NCBI GenBank assembly: GCA_963668025.2
Contig: CAXXTH010000023.1
Span: forward strand, 352,001-416,000
Direction: 5' to 3'
From: Candidatus Hydrogenedentota bacterium
GTDB taxonomy: Bacteria > Hydrogenedentota > Hydrogenedentia > Hydrogenedentales > SLHB01
Length of the DNA stretch: 64,000 nt
How positions within the stretch are numbered: position 1 is the stretch's first letter; the number at the start of each line of letters is the position of its first letter. Under the pieces are notes generated by a model. That model saw only the letters and a list, made by a program, of their open reading frames with translations. It ran no database searches and was not told where the DNA came from. This document shows, one piece after another, positions 8,833-18,785 of the stretch. The position numbers and the translations under genes were made by a program.

Positions 8833-11118
8833 CTATGCCTTGGTGTATTCCAGGCTTATCGACATAACATAAATTGACGTTGTACTATCTGATTGAAAAT
8901 TTAAAGCGCAACACTCATTTGCCGTCAGGCCGGTAGGAGCATTTATGGTTACAAAATCGATATAAATATTATCCTCATCTATGGAGGTAGGAACCGTGGC
9001 AAAATCTGAATACGTAAGAGATTCCGTTCTCGAATCACCGTCGCCTAGGCACCGCAAGCAATACTCCCAATCAATTGCCGTGCCCGGTTGCGCCACAACG
9101 TAATAAGCAACACGTAGAGTAACCGCCTCTCCGTTATAGTCAGAAGGCATTACGAAGGATGTCCCGAATGGTTGAATTCCCGCCAACGCCGGACCAACTT
9201 TTGTATATGCAATCTCTGGATATTCACCAGACGCCCAAGAAGGATTAGGCAAAGGAATCGGTATATACCGCTTGGTTAGCGTCCCCAGTTTCGTATTCGT
9301 GATGGTAAATCCATCATTCTCGACATCTGCTGTTAGAGAAATTCCAGTCCCAGAATTGATGCGCAGAGTATCATCCGCTGCATCAGCAACAAGGGAGGAC
9401 AAACTGTTGAGCGTCACGGTCTTGAAGGCCAGCGCCGCATAGGCGTGAGTATGATCGGCCAAACTTATTGCCGTGCCATCCCCGCTTGTGGTTGGTGTGG
9501 ATGTAGTCACTCGAAGCTCGCCAGCATTACCGATGAAAAGAAAAGTGCTCTTTGCGGAAGTCCAATAGGCATCGAGTTGAATCGATCCAGAATTAATGCC
9601 GCCACGCTTGGCAATGAGACGGCCAGTATTCGTATCATCATCACCGATGGTTAAAATACCATCCGTGGCCATCAATACCTTGCCTGTACCGGCAGATCCA
9701 CTTGCGGGAGCGCTCGTTTTAAAGGCCAGCTTGCCGTAATCATCCACCCAAAGGTAGCCGGTATAGTCCCCATTCGCGGATTGAAGACTTGCATAGGCGC
9801 AATTCGTGGTGCCGCTGCCTCGATAGAGGTTCAACATCCCGCGTTCGGTCCCGGCCACTCCAACCGTGAGCAAACCGCCCAGGACAGTAATATCTCCCGC
9901 GCTGATGATGTTGTTCCCGGTATAGCCCACTGGCTCAAGAGGCCGCTGGGCAAGATACAGCGCCTCGAACTCACCTGCCGTCAAAGCCCTTGACCAACAA
10001 GAGGCCTCGTCCAAAGATCCATGATAGCGTAGAGATGCAGATGTGCTGATTGCGCCCAAGTAAAACGCAACGTTTTCACTACAATCTGCGCTTCCACGAG
10101 TTGCGCTCGCTCGCACAACGCCATCCACGTAAAGGTACACTTTGTTTGAGTCATTATCTGGCCCCTCTGCCGCCAATCCTATTTGGTGCGGAAGGCCGTC
10201 CGTGATGTCCACTGCATATGTCAACGTATCTCGGTCTGACACGGCAGTACCGCGCCCAAATGCAGCGTTTACGTACCCGTTCACGTCAATGTATAGAAAT
10301 ATTCCCCTATAACAGTCAGAAGGATTTGTCCAACCCATGATGTAATGTGCGGCTGTTTTATACGTGCTCTTTATCCAGCAGGCCATTGAAAAGGCCACAT
10401 TGCCATAGGCAAGTGGAATGGCGGTTCCACAAGTCACATACCCGTTTCCGTCAAAAGTTGCTGCCGATCCGAACTTCACAACGCCCGCTGTTGTCCCACT
10501 TCCAGCATGCGTTCCATTTCCACCGTTTGCCGTATAGTCGATGAGGGTTCCAGTGATGGAATCCATGCGCCAAAGTCGAAGCAAGCCCTCAACAGCTACG
10601 CCAAGTGAACTCGCCGGGCGGGCCAGTCCTACCAAACCGTATGTGCTTGCGGGCTTTTCAGCAAGATGGTCAGTCGTGTCAAAGAACGGAACCGTCCCCG
10701 CAGCACCGCCAAGAGCGAGTTGCGCCAGAGTGGGGTCCGCCGCCTGATACGAACCTGATGGCTAGTACACCCCAGTATGAGTATGGTTCCCTGCAGCCAC
10801 ATCATCGGCCCCAGTTCCAACATCCGCCGCTGCCGCTGCGCCAAGTCCAAGGTTATCCCAAGCATCTGCTTCCCAAGCTACGAATACAGGGTCCAATTCG
10901 GTGAATTCAGTGAGATACCCCGCACTTGCATGATTCCCCCAGCCATACGCCGCATCCCAAGCCGTGATATCCCCACTCTCGATCCCCGCCGCCGCCGATG
11001 CCTCGAACACCGGATCCGTCTCATCCGTCAGATACGTCCCAGAAAGCCCAAGCGTGGTCCGCATTGCCGCCTCATCCGCATCATCCAGCAGCGTCTTCGC
11101 AAACGCGCTGGCATATAG
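8833..11118 (-). pseudogene. Phage tail fibre with LamG/concanavalin-like domain; 5'-truncated, with an internal TAG at 10762-10764
   Basis: SAFAKTLLDDADEAAMRTTLGL, ETDPVF and HTH tail-fibre motifs; ORFs 10762-11064 and 8833-10635 share a frame; LamG motifs FSMACWIK, LYVDG, GSLDEA. Confidence 0.8.
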
Positions 11119-11132
11119 CAGGGCAGACGCAT

Positions 11133-12290
11133 CTAAAATCCCAATAATTGCTGGAGAAACGGCATATCAAGTGCGGCGAATATCCTTTTTTGTCGTTGCG
11201 AAATATTCTCTTCCGTGTTCCTCTTGATGAGGTTGAGTGCGATTCGGCGCAGCGTGGCCAGATTCTGTGCGGCGTTTTTGGTCCGGGCGCGGCTTTGGTC
11301 TTCCCGGAAGGTCACGTCGAGAGACCAATGGAGCTGGTTTTCGACACCCCAGTGGCCCCGCACGGCTTTTGCGAAGGCCTCAATATCACGAGGAAGGCTG
11401 GTGAGGAAATAGCGGCGTTCGATGGTGTTTTTGCCTTTGACGCAGCGGATCGACTCGACCATGCCGATGCTGCGCAAGCCCTTCCACCGCTTTTTGTCTG
11501 CCACCCAGTCAATGTCGGTGGATTGCCAGTAGCGGCGCGTTTCCATGCGCCCATGGTCTTTTTCGAGCGTTTTGGAGCAGGCCATGGTGTTGGGGGCAAC
11601 GGTAGTGGCGGGTTCGGAAGCGCAGGGCAAAACAGCGTCGGCAAAGAAATCCTGGACCTCTTGGTGAACCGTAGCATGGTTGCCTTTGAGGGCTAGGACA
11701 TAATCAGCTTTCTTCTCGATGATCTGGGCGGCGATGTCTTTCTGGCATCCCATGGCGTCAATGGTCACGATGCAGCCTTGAAGGGCCAACGCCCGCAACA
11801 GTTCGGGGATGGCGGTGATTTCATTGGACTTATCGTCCACCTTAACCTGTCCCAAGGCCAGCCCGTTTTGCGAAGCCCAGGCGCTGACAATATACGGGAT
11901 TGAATCGCCGTCATCCAAGGCTCGGCGCAACGCCTTTCCATCGATGGCAACGACTTCCCCCTGCAGTGCAGGGCAAATCCTTTGGACCCAGCGCACAAAA
12001 CAGTCCATAAAACAATCGGGGTCGATGGCGGAGAAAACCCGGTTGAAGGTATCGTGCGACGGGATGCCGTGAGGCAACTCGAGAAAGGTCTTGAGCCAGT
12101 CTCGTTTGATCCTTCCAAACAACGCCATGTCGTTGAATCCCTCGCCGCCGGTCAACATCGAACAAAGTCCGATAACCAGAATATCGGCCAGCTTATGGAA
12201 CCGCCTGCGGCGGACACGCGGATCGGGGATTTCCTCCAAGTATTCCATGATGCCGCGCTGTCTCGGAACGGGATGATGCTCATTGCCCAC
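11133..12290 (-). CDS. ISAs1 transposase
   Basis: IPDPR, GIPSHDTFNRVF, AIDGK, KSNEITAIP, IDAMGCQ, HWGVENQLHW; AGGAG RBS then GTG 12290. Confidence 0.95.
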   Translation of the reverse strand: MGNEHHPVPRQRGIMEYLEEIPDPRVRRRRFHKLADILVIGLCSMLTGGEGFNDMALFGRIKRDWLKTFLELPHGIPSHDTFNRVFSAIDPDCFMDCFVRWVQRICPALQGEVVAIDGKALRRALDDGDSIPYIVSAWASQNGLALGQVKVDDKSNEITAIPELLRALALQGCIVTIDAMGCQKDIAAQIIEKKADYVLALKGNHATVHQEVQDFFADAVLPCASEPATTVAPNTMACSKTLEKDHGRMETRRYWQSTDIDWVADKKRWKGLRSIGMVESIRCVKGKNTIERRYFLTSLPRDIEAFAKAVRGHWGVENQLHWSLDVTFREDQSRARTKNAAQNLATLRRIALNLIKRNTEENISQRQKRIFAALDMPFLQQLLGF

Positions 12291-12310
12291 GGCTTTATCT
12301 CCTGAGTTAA

Positions 12311-12432
12311 GGAGTCGCGTCAAAATAACTTACCGATTTTCTCCCACCACTCGGAAAGGAAGCGGTAATTCCTATCGCCATGAAAATTGCGTTGAATGCG
12401 AAAAAATAGTCAAGTTATTTTGACGCGCTTCC
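12311..12432. mobile_element. 122-bp MITE, copy 2
   Basis: Same sequence as 6554-6675 except two bases in the right TIR; TAA flanks. Confidence 0.9.
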
Positions 12433-12474
12433 TAAACGCTGGACTTTTTATATATATTCCTATATCATATTGCC

Positions 12475-12774
12475 ATGAAACAAACAAGCAAAATCCAGCG
12501 GCTGTTAGAAAAGATGGCGGCCATCGAGCGGATGGAACGCGGCAAGATCTGCGCGATGGCCGGCCGGCCCCACTACAACCATCAGACATGGCAAAACGGG
12601 CGTAACGTGGTGCACTACGTTCCCACCGACGAGGTGGAGGCCCTCCAAGAGGCCATTGATGGCTACAACCAATTCCGTAAGCTGGCCGAGGAATATGCCA
12701 ACGAAATCATCCGTCGGACACGCCAGGAAAAAGACAAAAACAAAAAACGGAAAAAGAATGGCAGGACAAGCTGA
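12475..12774 (+). CDS. DUF6788-like small protein inside ISAs1
   Basis: MERGKI..PHYNHQTWQNGRNVVHYVP..AIDGYNQFRKLAEEY, same pattern as the other two IS ORFs. Confidence 0.75.
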   Translation: MKQTSKIQRLLEKMAAIERMERGKICAMAGRPHYNHQTWQNGRNVVHYVPTDEVEALQEAIDGYNQFRKLAEEYANEIIRRTRQEKDKNKKRKKNGRTS

Positions 12775-12987
12775 TAGACATTATCCAGAATTCAGCATTA
12801 TTAGATGCGTCCGCCCTGATTCGTGGTAAAAGATGCTTGTGTCGGCTGCAAAAGAATATATAATAACGGCTCTATTGATCAGAGAGTTTTTTCATTCAGG
12901 AAGGAGGCTGCCAAGAACGTAGCAGGCTGTCACCGTGAAACATCCGTTATTTCGTAACGGCGTAGTAACTAAAAGGAGGAAATAAAT

Positions 12988-14574
12988 ATGAACGCAAAAG
13001 TCGGTGGAAGGGCTTTCGTAGCGGTTCTTTTTGCGGTTACGATGCTCTTTTTAGCGGCACAAGGGAGTGCGGAAGTGAAGGTTCCCCAGATTTTTGGCTC
13101 GAATATGGTGTTGCAGCGTGACATGCCGCTTCCGGTATGGGGATGGGCGGAGCCAGGTGAAGCAATTACGGTTCAATACGGCGATTCCACCGAAAAAACC
13201 ACGGCGGATGCCAAAGGCGAGTGGAAAGTAAAGCTGCCCGCGCAAAAAACGGGCGCTCCCCGTACGCTTACGGTCGCATGCAAAGACAAGACCGTCCAGT
13301 TTGAGAATGTGCTCATTGGCGAAGTGTGGTTCTGTTCCGGCCAGTCGAACATGGAGATGGGCATCCATATGTGCAATGATGCCGATCCGGAAGTCAACAA
13401 CGCCAATTACCCCGATATTCGCCTCTTTCGAGTAGAGCATGCCGTCAGCGGCATTCCTTCCCTTGACTGCGAAGCGCATTGGGATATCTGCTCCCCGCAA
13501 ACCATTAAAACGGGCGGATGGGAAGGCTTTTCTGCTGCGGCCTATTATTTTGGCCGCGAAATCCATAAAACCCTAGGCGTTCCCGTCGGGCTTATCCAAT
13601 CCGCATGGGGCGGCACCCGTGTCGAGCCATGGACCCCGCCCGTGGGTTTTGCCGAAGCGCCCGAGCTTAAGGACCTGGTGGCGGTCATCGATCAAGCCAA
13701 TCAAAAATATGCGGAGGCCATGAAGCCGGTATTCGGTGATTTCCAAGCATGGCTTACTGCGAGCGAACAGGCTGTTGCGGAAGGGAAGCTGTTCCCGCCT
13801 TGCCCGCCGCTTCCAAGGCATCCGCTCGAGCCGGATTTATACGGCGGCCATCCAGACCGGCCGACGGTGTTGTACAACAGTATGGTGTATCCCATTGCGC
13901 CGTTCGCCATTCGGGGCGCTTTATGGTATCAAGGCGAGTCGAACCTAGACGACCCGCTCTATGCCGAGAAAAAGGCTGCATTGATTAACGGCTGGCGCAA
14001 AATCTGGGGCGAGGGTGAATTCCCCTTCTATTTCGTCCAAATCGCCCCCTTTAATGGATATGACGACAAAGGCTGTGCCAATTATGGTGCGGACGCCCTT
14101 CCCATGTTGTGGCAAGAGCAATTAGCGGTCCTTGATGTGCCCAATACGGGCATGATTGGCACCTATGACATCACTGACCTGAACGACATTCATCCTAAAA
14201 ACAAGCAAGACGTCGGCAAGCGCCTGGCCTTGCTGGCTCTTGCGAAAACCTATGATAAAAAGGATGTAGTCTATTCCGGCCCCATGTACAAATCCATGGA
14301 TGTGAAAGACGGCAAAGCCGTTCTTCATTTCGAGCATGTGGGAGCTGGCCTGGTGTCCCGGGATGAAAAGCCCCTTTCGTGGTTCACCATCGCGGGAGAA
14401 GACAAGCAATTTGTTCCCGCCGAGGCCAAAATTGTTGGCGGCACCGTGGTGGTTTCGAGCGAAAAAGTCGCCCAGCCCGCCGCCGTGCGCTTCGGATGGA
14501 GCAAAGTGGCAGAGCCAAATCTTTCTAACAAAGATGGCCTTCCCGCATTGCCTTTCCGCACCGACAAATGGTAA
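12988..14574 (+). CDS. Sialate O-acetylesterase (SASA, SGNH) family, secreted
   Basis: Signal peptide, FGSNMVLQR, GEVWFCSGQSNM, WYQGESN, DIHPKNK. Confidence 0.93.
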   Translation: MNAKVGGRAFVAVLFAVTMLFLAAQGSAEVKVPQIFGSNMVLQRDMPLPVWGWAEPGEAITVQYGDSTEKTTADAKGEWKVKLPAQKTGAPRTLTVACKDKTVQFENVLIGEVWFCSGQSNMEMGIHMCNDADPEVNNANYPDIRLFRVEHAVSGIPSLDCEAHWDICSPQTIKTGGWEGFSAAAYYFGREIHKTLGVPVGLIQSAWGGTRVEPWTPPVGFAEAPELKDLVAVIDQANQKYAEAMKPVFGDFQAWLTASEQAVAEGKLFPPCPPLPRHPLEPDLYGGHPDRPTVLYNSMVYPIAPFAIRGALWYQGESNLDDPLYAEKKAALINGWRKIWGEGEFPFYFVQIAPFNGYDDKGCANYGADALPMLWQEQLAVLDVPNTGMIGTYDITDLNDIHPKNKQDVGKRLALLALAKTYDKKDVVYSGPMYKSMDVKDGKAVLHFEHVGAGLVSRDEKPLSWFTIAGEDKQFVPAEAKIVGGTVVVSSEKVAQPAAVRFGWSKVAEPNLSNKDGLPALPFRTDKW

Positions 14575-14711
14575 ACGTAAATCTATGATGATTAGAGAGG
14601 CGGGCTGCGTCCCGCCTTTCTTTATTTATGCGTATATTTGAAAATATTTGCAAAAGAATTTCCAGGTGAATACCGCTGCTATGGTGTCGAAGCCAAAGAG
14701 GGGGTTATAGA

Positions 14712-16298
14712 ATGAATAAAAACATCAGAGATCAATATAGTTTTGCATTGATATTTTCAATAGGGATGTTTTTACTCGCCATACACGGGAGTGCGGAAGT
14801 GAGAATGCCTCATATTTTCGGCTCGAATATGGTCTTGCAGCAGGGCATGCCGGTTCCGGTTTGGGGATGGGCTGAGCCAGGCGAAGCGGTTTCAGTTCAA
14901 TTCGACGATGTAAATAAAAAAACCACAGCGAATGCAAATGGCGAATGGAAAGTTAAACTACCTTCACGGAAAGTGGGCGAGCCTTGCTCTTTAGTGGCCG
15001 CCGGTAAAGACAACACGCTCCAGTTTGATAACGTACTCGTGGGTGAAGTCTGGTTCTGTTCCGGCCAATCCAACATGGCGATTGGCGTCGGTATGTGCAA
15101 CAATCCCGAACAAGAAATCGCAAACGCCAATTATCCGGATATTCGCCTTTATTCGGTGGAACAGGATGTCAGCGGCATTCCCAATAACGATGCGGGCGGC
15201 GCATGGTATATTTGCACGCCGCAGGCCATTAAAGAAGGTGGAAATCTGAGCTGTGGCGGCTTTTCCGCGGCGGCGTATTATTTTGGCAGGGAACTCCATA
15301 ATGCGTTGGGCGTCCCCGTTGGGCTTATTGAGTCCGCTTGGGGCGGCACTTGCATCGAGCAATGGATTCCGCCGGTAGGATTTGCCGAACAGCCTGGGCT
15401 TGAAGACTTCACAAAAGCCATCAGCCAAGCCAATCAACAATACGCGGAAGACATGAAGCCGTTCTTTCATGATTTCCAGGCATGGAAGAATGAACCGGCC
15501 GGTACGAAAGGGGAGTTTTACATGCCCCGTTTCCGCCTGCCTATACATCCTCTGGAACCTGCATCCTACGGCGGCTTTCCGGCCCAGCCCACGGTCTTAT
15601 TCAACAGCATGGTGAATCCAATACTACCGTTCGCCATACGAGGCGCGCTGTGGTACCAAGGCGAATCGAATAGGGATGACCCATTGTATGGCGAAAAGAT
15701 GCGGGCCCTGATTAACGGCTGGCGCACCGTCTGGGGCGAAGGTGAATTCCCCTTCTATTACGTCCAAATCGCTCCGTTCTCCGGGTATGAAGATACGTAT
15801 GAGCATTTCGGGGCGGACGCCATCCCCATGTTGTGGGAAGATCAAATGTCGGCATTAAATCTGCCCAATACAGGCATTGCTGGCACCTATGACATCACTG
15901 ACTTGAACGACATTCATCCCAAAAACAAGCAAGACGTTGGCAAGCGACTGGCGCTTCAAGCCTTGGCGAAGACCTATGGCCAGAAGGATGTGGTCTATTC
16001 CGGCCCCTTGTATAAATCCATGAAAATGAAAGACGGCAAAGCCGTGCTGCATTTCGACCATGCCGGCGCGGGCTTGATGTCCCGGGATGATAAGCCCCTT
16101 TCGTGGTTCACCATCGCGGGTGAAGATAAGCAATTCGTTCCCGCCGAAGCCCAGATCGTCAAAGACACCGTGGTGGTATCGAGCGATAAGGTCGCCCAGC
16201 CCGCCGCAGTGCGTTTCGGATGGAGCAAAATAGCCGAGCCGAATCTTTCCAACAAAGACGGCCTTCCCGCATTGCCATTCCGCACCGACAAATGGTAA
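14712..16298 (+). CDS. Sialate O-acetylesterase family, tandem paralog
   Basis: Same motifs, also 528 aa. Confidence 0.93.
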   Translation: MNKNIRDQYSFALIFSIGMFLLAIHGSAEVRMPHIFGSNMVLQQGMPVPVWGWAEPGEAVSVQFDDVNKKTTANANGEWKVKLPSRKVGEPCSLVAAGKDNTLQFDNVLVGEVWFCSGQSNMAIGVGMCNNPEQEIANANYPDIRLYSVEQDVSGIPNNDAGGAWYICTPQAIKEGGNLSCGGFSAAAYYFGRELHNALGVPVGLIESAWGGTCIEQWIPPVGFAEQPGLEDFTKAISQANQQYAEDMKPFFHDFQAWKNEPAGTKGEFYMPRFRLPIHPLEPASYGGFPAQPTVLFNSMVNPILPFAIRGALWYQGESNRDDPLYGEKMRALINGWRTVWGEGEFPFYYVQIAPFSGYEDTYEHFGADAIPMLWEDQMSALNLPNTGIAGTYDITDLNDIHPKNKQDVGKRLALQALAKTYGQKDVVYSGPLYKSMKMKDGKAVLHFDHAGAGLMSRDDKPLSWFTIAGEDKQFVPAEAQIVKDTVVVSSDKVAQPAAVRFGWSKIAEPNLSNKDGLPALPFRTDKW

Positions 16299-16302
16299 AG
16301 AC

Positions 16303-16357
16303 AAAAAAAGAAGGGACACCCAAGGCGCTTGCCAAGGATGTCCCTTCTTTTGTTTTT
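16303..16357. terminator. Bidirectional intrinsic terminator
   Basis: AAAAGAAGGGACA...TGTCCCTTCTTTT between convergent genes. Confidence 0.75.
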
Positions 16358-18597
16358 CACTTCGCGGGGCAGTAAATCACCCGCGCGGCGAAAGGCTCGA
16401 GCGCACCCTCGATTATGCCGCTGCCTGCTTCTTTCCAGGATGGATTATCCGGCCAGAGGAGTTCACTCGGTTTTCCCTTGCTCCCCGTATTGAGTTTAAA
16501 GGAAGCCTGCTGGGTCCAGCTTTCATTCAGGAGCACAAAGATATCTCCTTGCTTGCTGCTGAGCCGGCGGCAGACGATAGCGCCTGTGGGCGTGGCGTCG
16601 AGTGTCCAACGAGCCGGCTGGATGTAAGGCTTGAGCACGCTGGCCATGGCTTCATAACATGCCGGATCGGTATTATGCGGCAAGGCCATCATGCCAAATA
16701 GCGTTCCGCTCCACAAGGCGTGGCCCTTGCCAAAGTCGTTGGCGGTGATCAGCGGACGCCCCTTGTAATCGTTGAAAAGTGTCTTGGCCGTGCTGGTTTG
16801 GACGGGTTGCAGCGTATATGTGCACCGCATGGCCGTGGGCTGCCCATTTGCATCAAGGATGGGCTCATTGCCTCGTCCTTCGCCCACTACTTCAAACGTC
16901 TGCGTATGCAGCCCCAGCGCTTCGTCCATGCCTGCGCCCGGCTGGACCCGGAAGGGGTCACCATTGGGCTGCGAGAACGCAGTCAACGCATCGCACAAAA
17001 TCGTTCCGCCTGCTTTGGCATAGCCGCACAAGAGTTCTGCTTCTTCCTTGCTCATGGCCATCATATAGGGCACATAAATGACCTGATACTTCTTTCCGTC
17101 TCCCTCGCGAAGCCCCCGGATGTCAATGAAGTCACAACCTACCCCCGCTTTGCGCATGGCCTTGAAGAAGGCGTAATGATTCTGTGCAAACCAAGTGGAC
17201 TGGGGATCTTTTTTAGTTCGGGCGCGTAATTCGAGGTAAATAGCCCCGTCCATGGAGTCATAAATCGCCACAGGCGCCTGTTCCGGCTTCATGCTAAACA
17301 GCAGGTCGTTGTAGTCCCGCACCATTTTCCCGAACCGGGAAGCCATTTTCGAGCGATCCGTGGGCGAACCATCGAGGTTGCGCAAACTCCACGCCCCTGC
17401 GTTCGGCCCGTCCAGAAGGGGATTCCACAGCCAATACAGGAAACCTTTGGAGCCTTCGGCCAAATGAATGACATCCGTGGCAAGAATCTCATCGGCTGTT
17501 GGGGAATACCGTCGAATGCCTTCTCCGTATTCAGGACCAGCCAGGAATTCGCCCGTGATGGACACGCGGCCCCGCGCAGTAGAATACAGTTTTCGAATGC
17601 ACGCGGCTTGGGCGGAGAAAACATCCAAAGGCATATCGGCCAAATCAAGATGCCAATGGGTTTCCATTTGCATGCTCGGGACATCCAAGGTATCGCTTAT
17701 CCACCACAGATTTCGGGACAAGCTGATCGGCTGATTCGGCAGCACATCGTAAGGCGTGGCTGAAACGGGATGGACTTTGTCCAAATCCCGAACAGCCTGC
17801 ACCTGGTATTCGACCAATTCGTTATTCATGTAACAGTTGAAGGTATACCAATCGTTGGCTGGGCCGAAATTATTCCAGAGCCCCCAGTCGGCGCTGGAGT
17901 ACTCAGGCTCCAGTTTGAGGTTGCCCACGACTGGGGCGAGCACAGGGCCTGTCGGAATGGTTTTGCTGCCCGGATACGAAATCGTGCCGGGGTGGGCCTT
18001 GATGTAATCCTCTAGCGTGGGGTACTTAATTCTGACCCATTGATTGAAGCGATCAACAGTGAGTGGTGAAAGGTTCTCGTCGGCTTTCACATAACGCACG
18101 CCCTCCACATCGGGCGTCCAATACAACAACGCAGGTTCACCTTTGTAGCGCTGGACAAACTGCGTGATATAGTTTTTCCATGCTTCCCGAGGGGCCGGAT
18201 CATCCGCTTTGCCGTAGGCATAGCCATTAACGGAATACAAGGCGAGATTGATCTTAATGCCATGCTTCTTTGCTGCTTTAAAGCACGCATCATATTTGTC
18301 GTACGCCTCTTGGGGCGCCGGTTTATCCAAATCACGCCACATCCACATCGCCAAACGGACAAAGTTGATGTTGTCCTCCTCGGCCATCGTTTTGAAATCT
18401 TTGGCAATCGTCTCTACGGTGGATTCGTCGTTAATCCAATACTGCGTGCCATGAAGCCACCCGAAATCTACATTGCGCGTATAGGGTTTTGCCGTGGGAG
18501 GTTCCCAATTGGGCTGGCCGCCGGCCTGCGCCAGCATGGCGGGGAAGGCCAAGGCGGCGGCTAGTAGAAAGGTAAACGTTTTCTGCCCTGTCGTCAT
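16357..18597 (-). CDS. Secreted GH42-like beta-galactosidase (clan GH-A) with trimerisation domain
   Basis: Signal peptide, INFVRL, putative catalytic DVE and TGE, VAIYDS, GGTILCD, NDFGKG. Confidence 0.75.
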   Translation of the reverse strand: MTTGQKTFTFLLAAALAFPAMLAQAGGQPNWEPPTAKPYTRNVDFGWLHGTQYWINDESTVETIAKDFKTMAEEDNINFVRLAMWMWRDLDKPAPQEAYDKYDACFKAAKKHGIKINLALYSVNGYAYGKADDPAPREAWKNYITQFVQRYKGEPALLYWTPDVEGVRYVKADENLSPLTVDRFNQWVRIKYPTLEDYIKAHPGTISYPGSKTIPTGPVLAPVVGNLKLEPEYSSADWGLWNNFGPANDWYTFNCYMNNELVEYQVQAVRDLDKVHPVSATPYDVLPNQPISLSRNLWWISDTLDVPSMQMETHWHLDLADMPLDVFSAQAACIRKLYSTARGRVSITGEFLAGPEYGEGIRRYSPTADEILATDVIHLAEGSKGFLYWLWNPLLDGPNAGAWSLRNLDGSPTDRSKMASRFGKMVRDYNDLLFSMKPEQAPVAIYDSMDGAIYLELRARTKKDPQSTWFAQNHYAFFKAMRKAGVGCDFIDIRGLREGDGKKYQVIYVPYMMAMSKEEAELLCGYAKAGGTILCDALTAFSQPNGDPFRVQPGAGMDEALGLHTQTFEVVGEGRGNEPILDANGQPTAMRCTYTLQPVQTSTAKTLFNDYKGRPLITANDFGKGHALWSGTLFGMMALPHNTDPACYEAMASVLKPYIQPARWTLDATPTGAIVCRRLSSKQGDIFVLLNESWTQQASFKLNTGSKGKPSELLWPDNPSWKEAGSGIIEGALEPFAARVIYCPAK

Positions 18598-18785
18598 GCC
18601 AAGTCTCCTTTCGGTTGATGGATGATTTCTGCGAACGTGGATCGTGTTTCAGCTATCTCTGCCCAAGCTCCAATCTACATTGGTTGGTGCTTGGATTGCA
18701 ATGTCGCCTGAAGAGATAGGAAGACGGCGGCGGTTTATGAATAGGCAAATACGTAATGGTTTATTTGGGTTCGGCCTCTGTTTTT

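Larger units (their letters stand above)
6407..11118. mobile_element. Prophage remnant integrated at the tRNA-Arg 3' end, truncated by ISAs1
   Basis: Integrase next to the tRNA, with convergent lysozyme and tail-fibre genes; no second att copy seen in the window. Confidence 0.85.
11119..12818 (-). mobile_element. ISAs1-family IS element with a divergent small ORF and a nested MITE
   Basis: TIRs CAGGGCAGACGCATCTAA (11119-11136) and TTAGATGCGTCCGCCCTG (12801-12818), 17/18 match; no TSD. Confidence 0.9.

Noticed and set aside
8833-11118. Diversity-generating retroelement acting on the tail fibre
   Set aside because: No reverse transcriptase and no TR/VR repeat pair visible in the window
6407-11118. 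Phage-wide TAG=Gln recoding
   Set aside because: Only one internal TAG; the genes ending at 8833 and 8323 use TAG followed by an RBS and a new start
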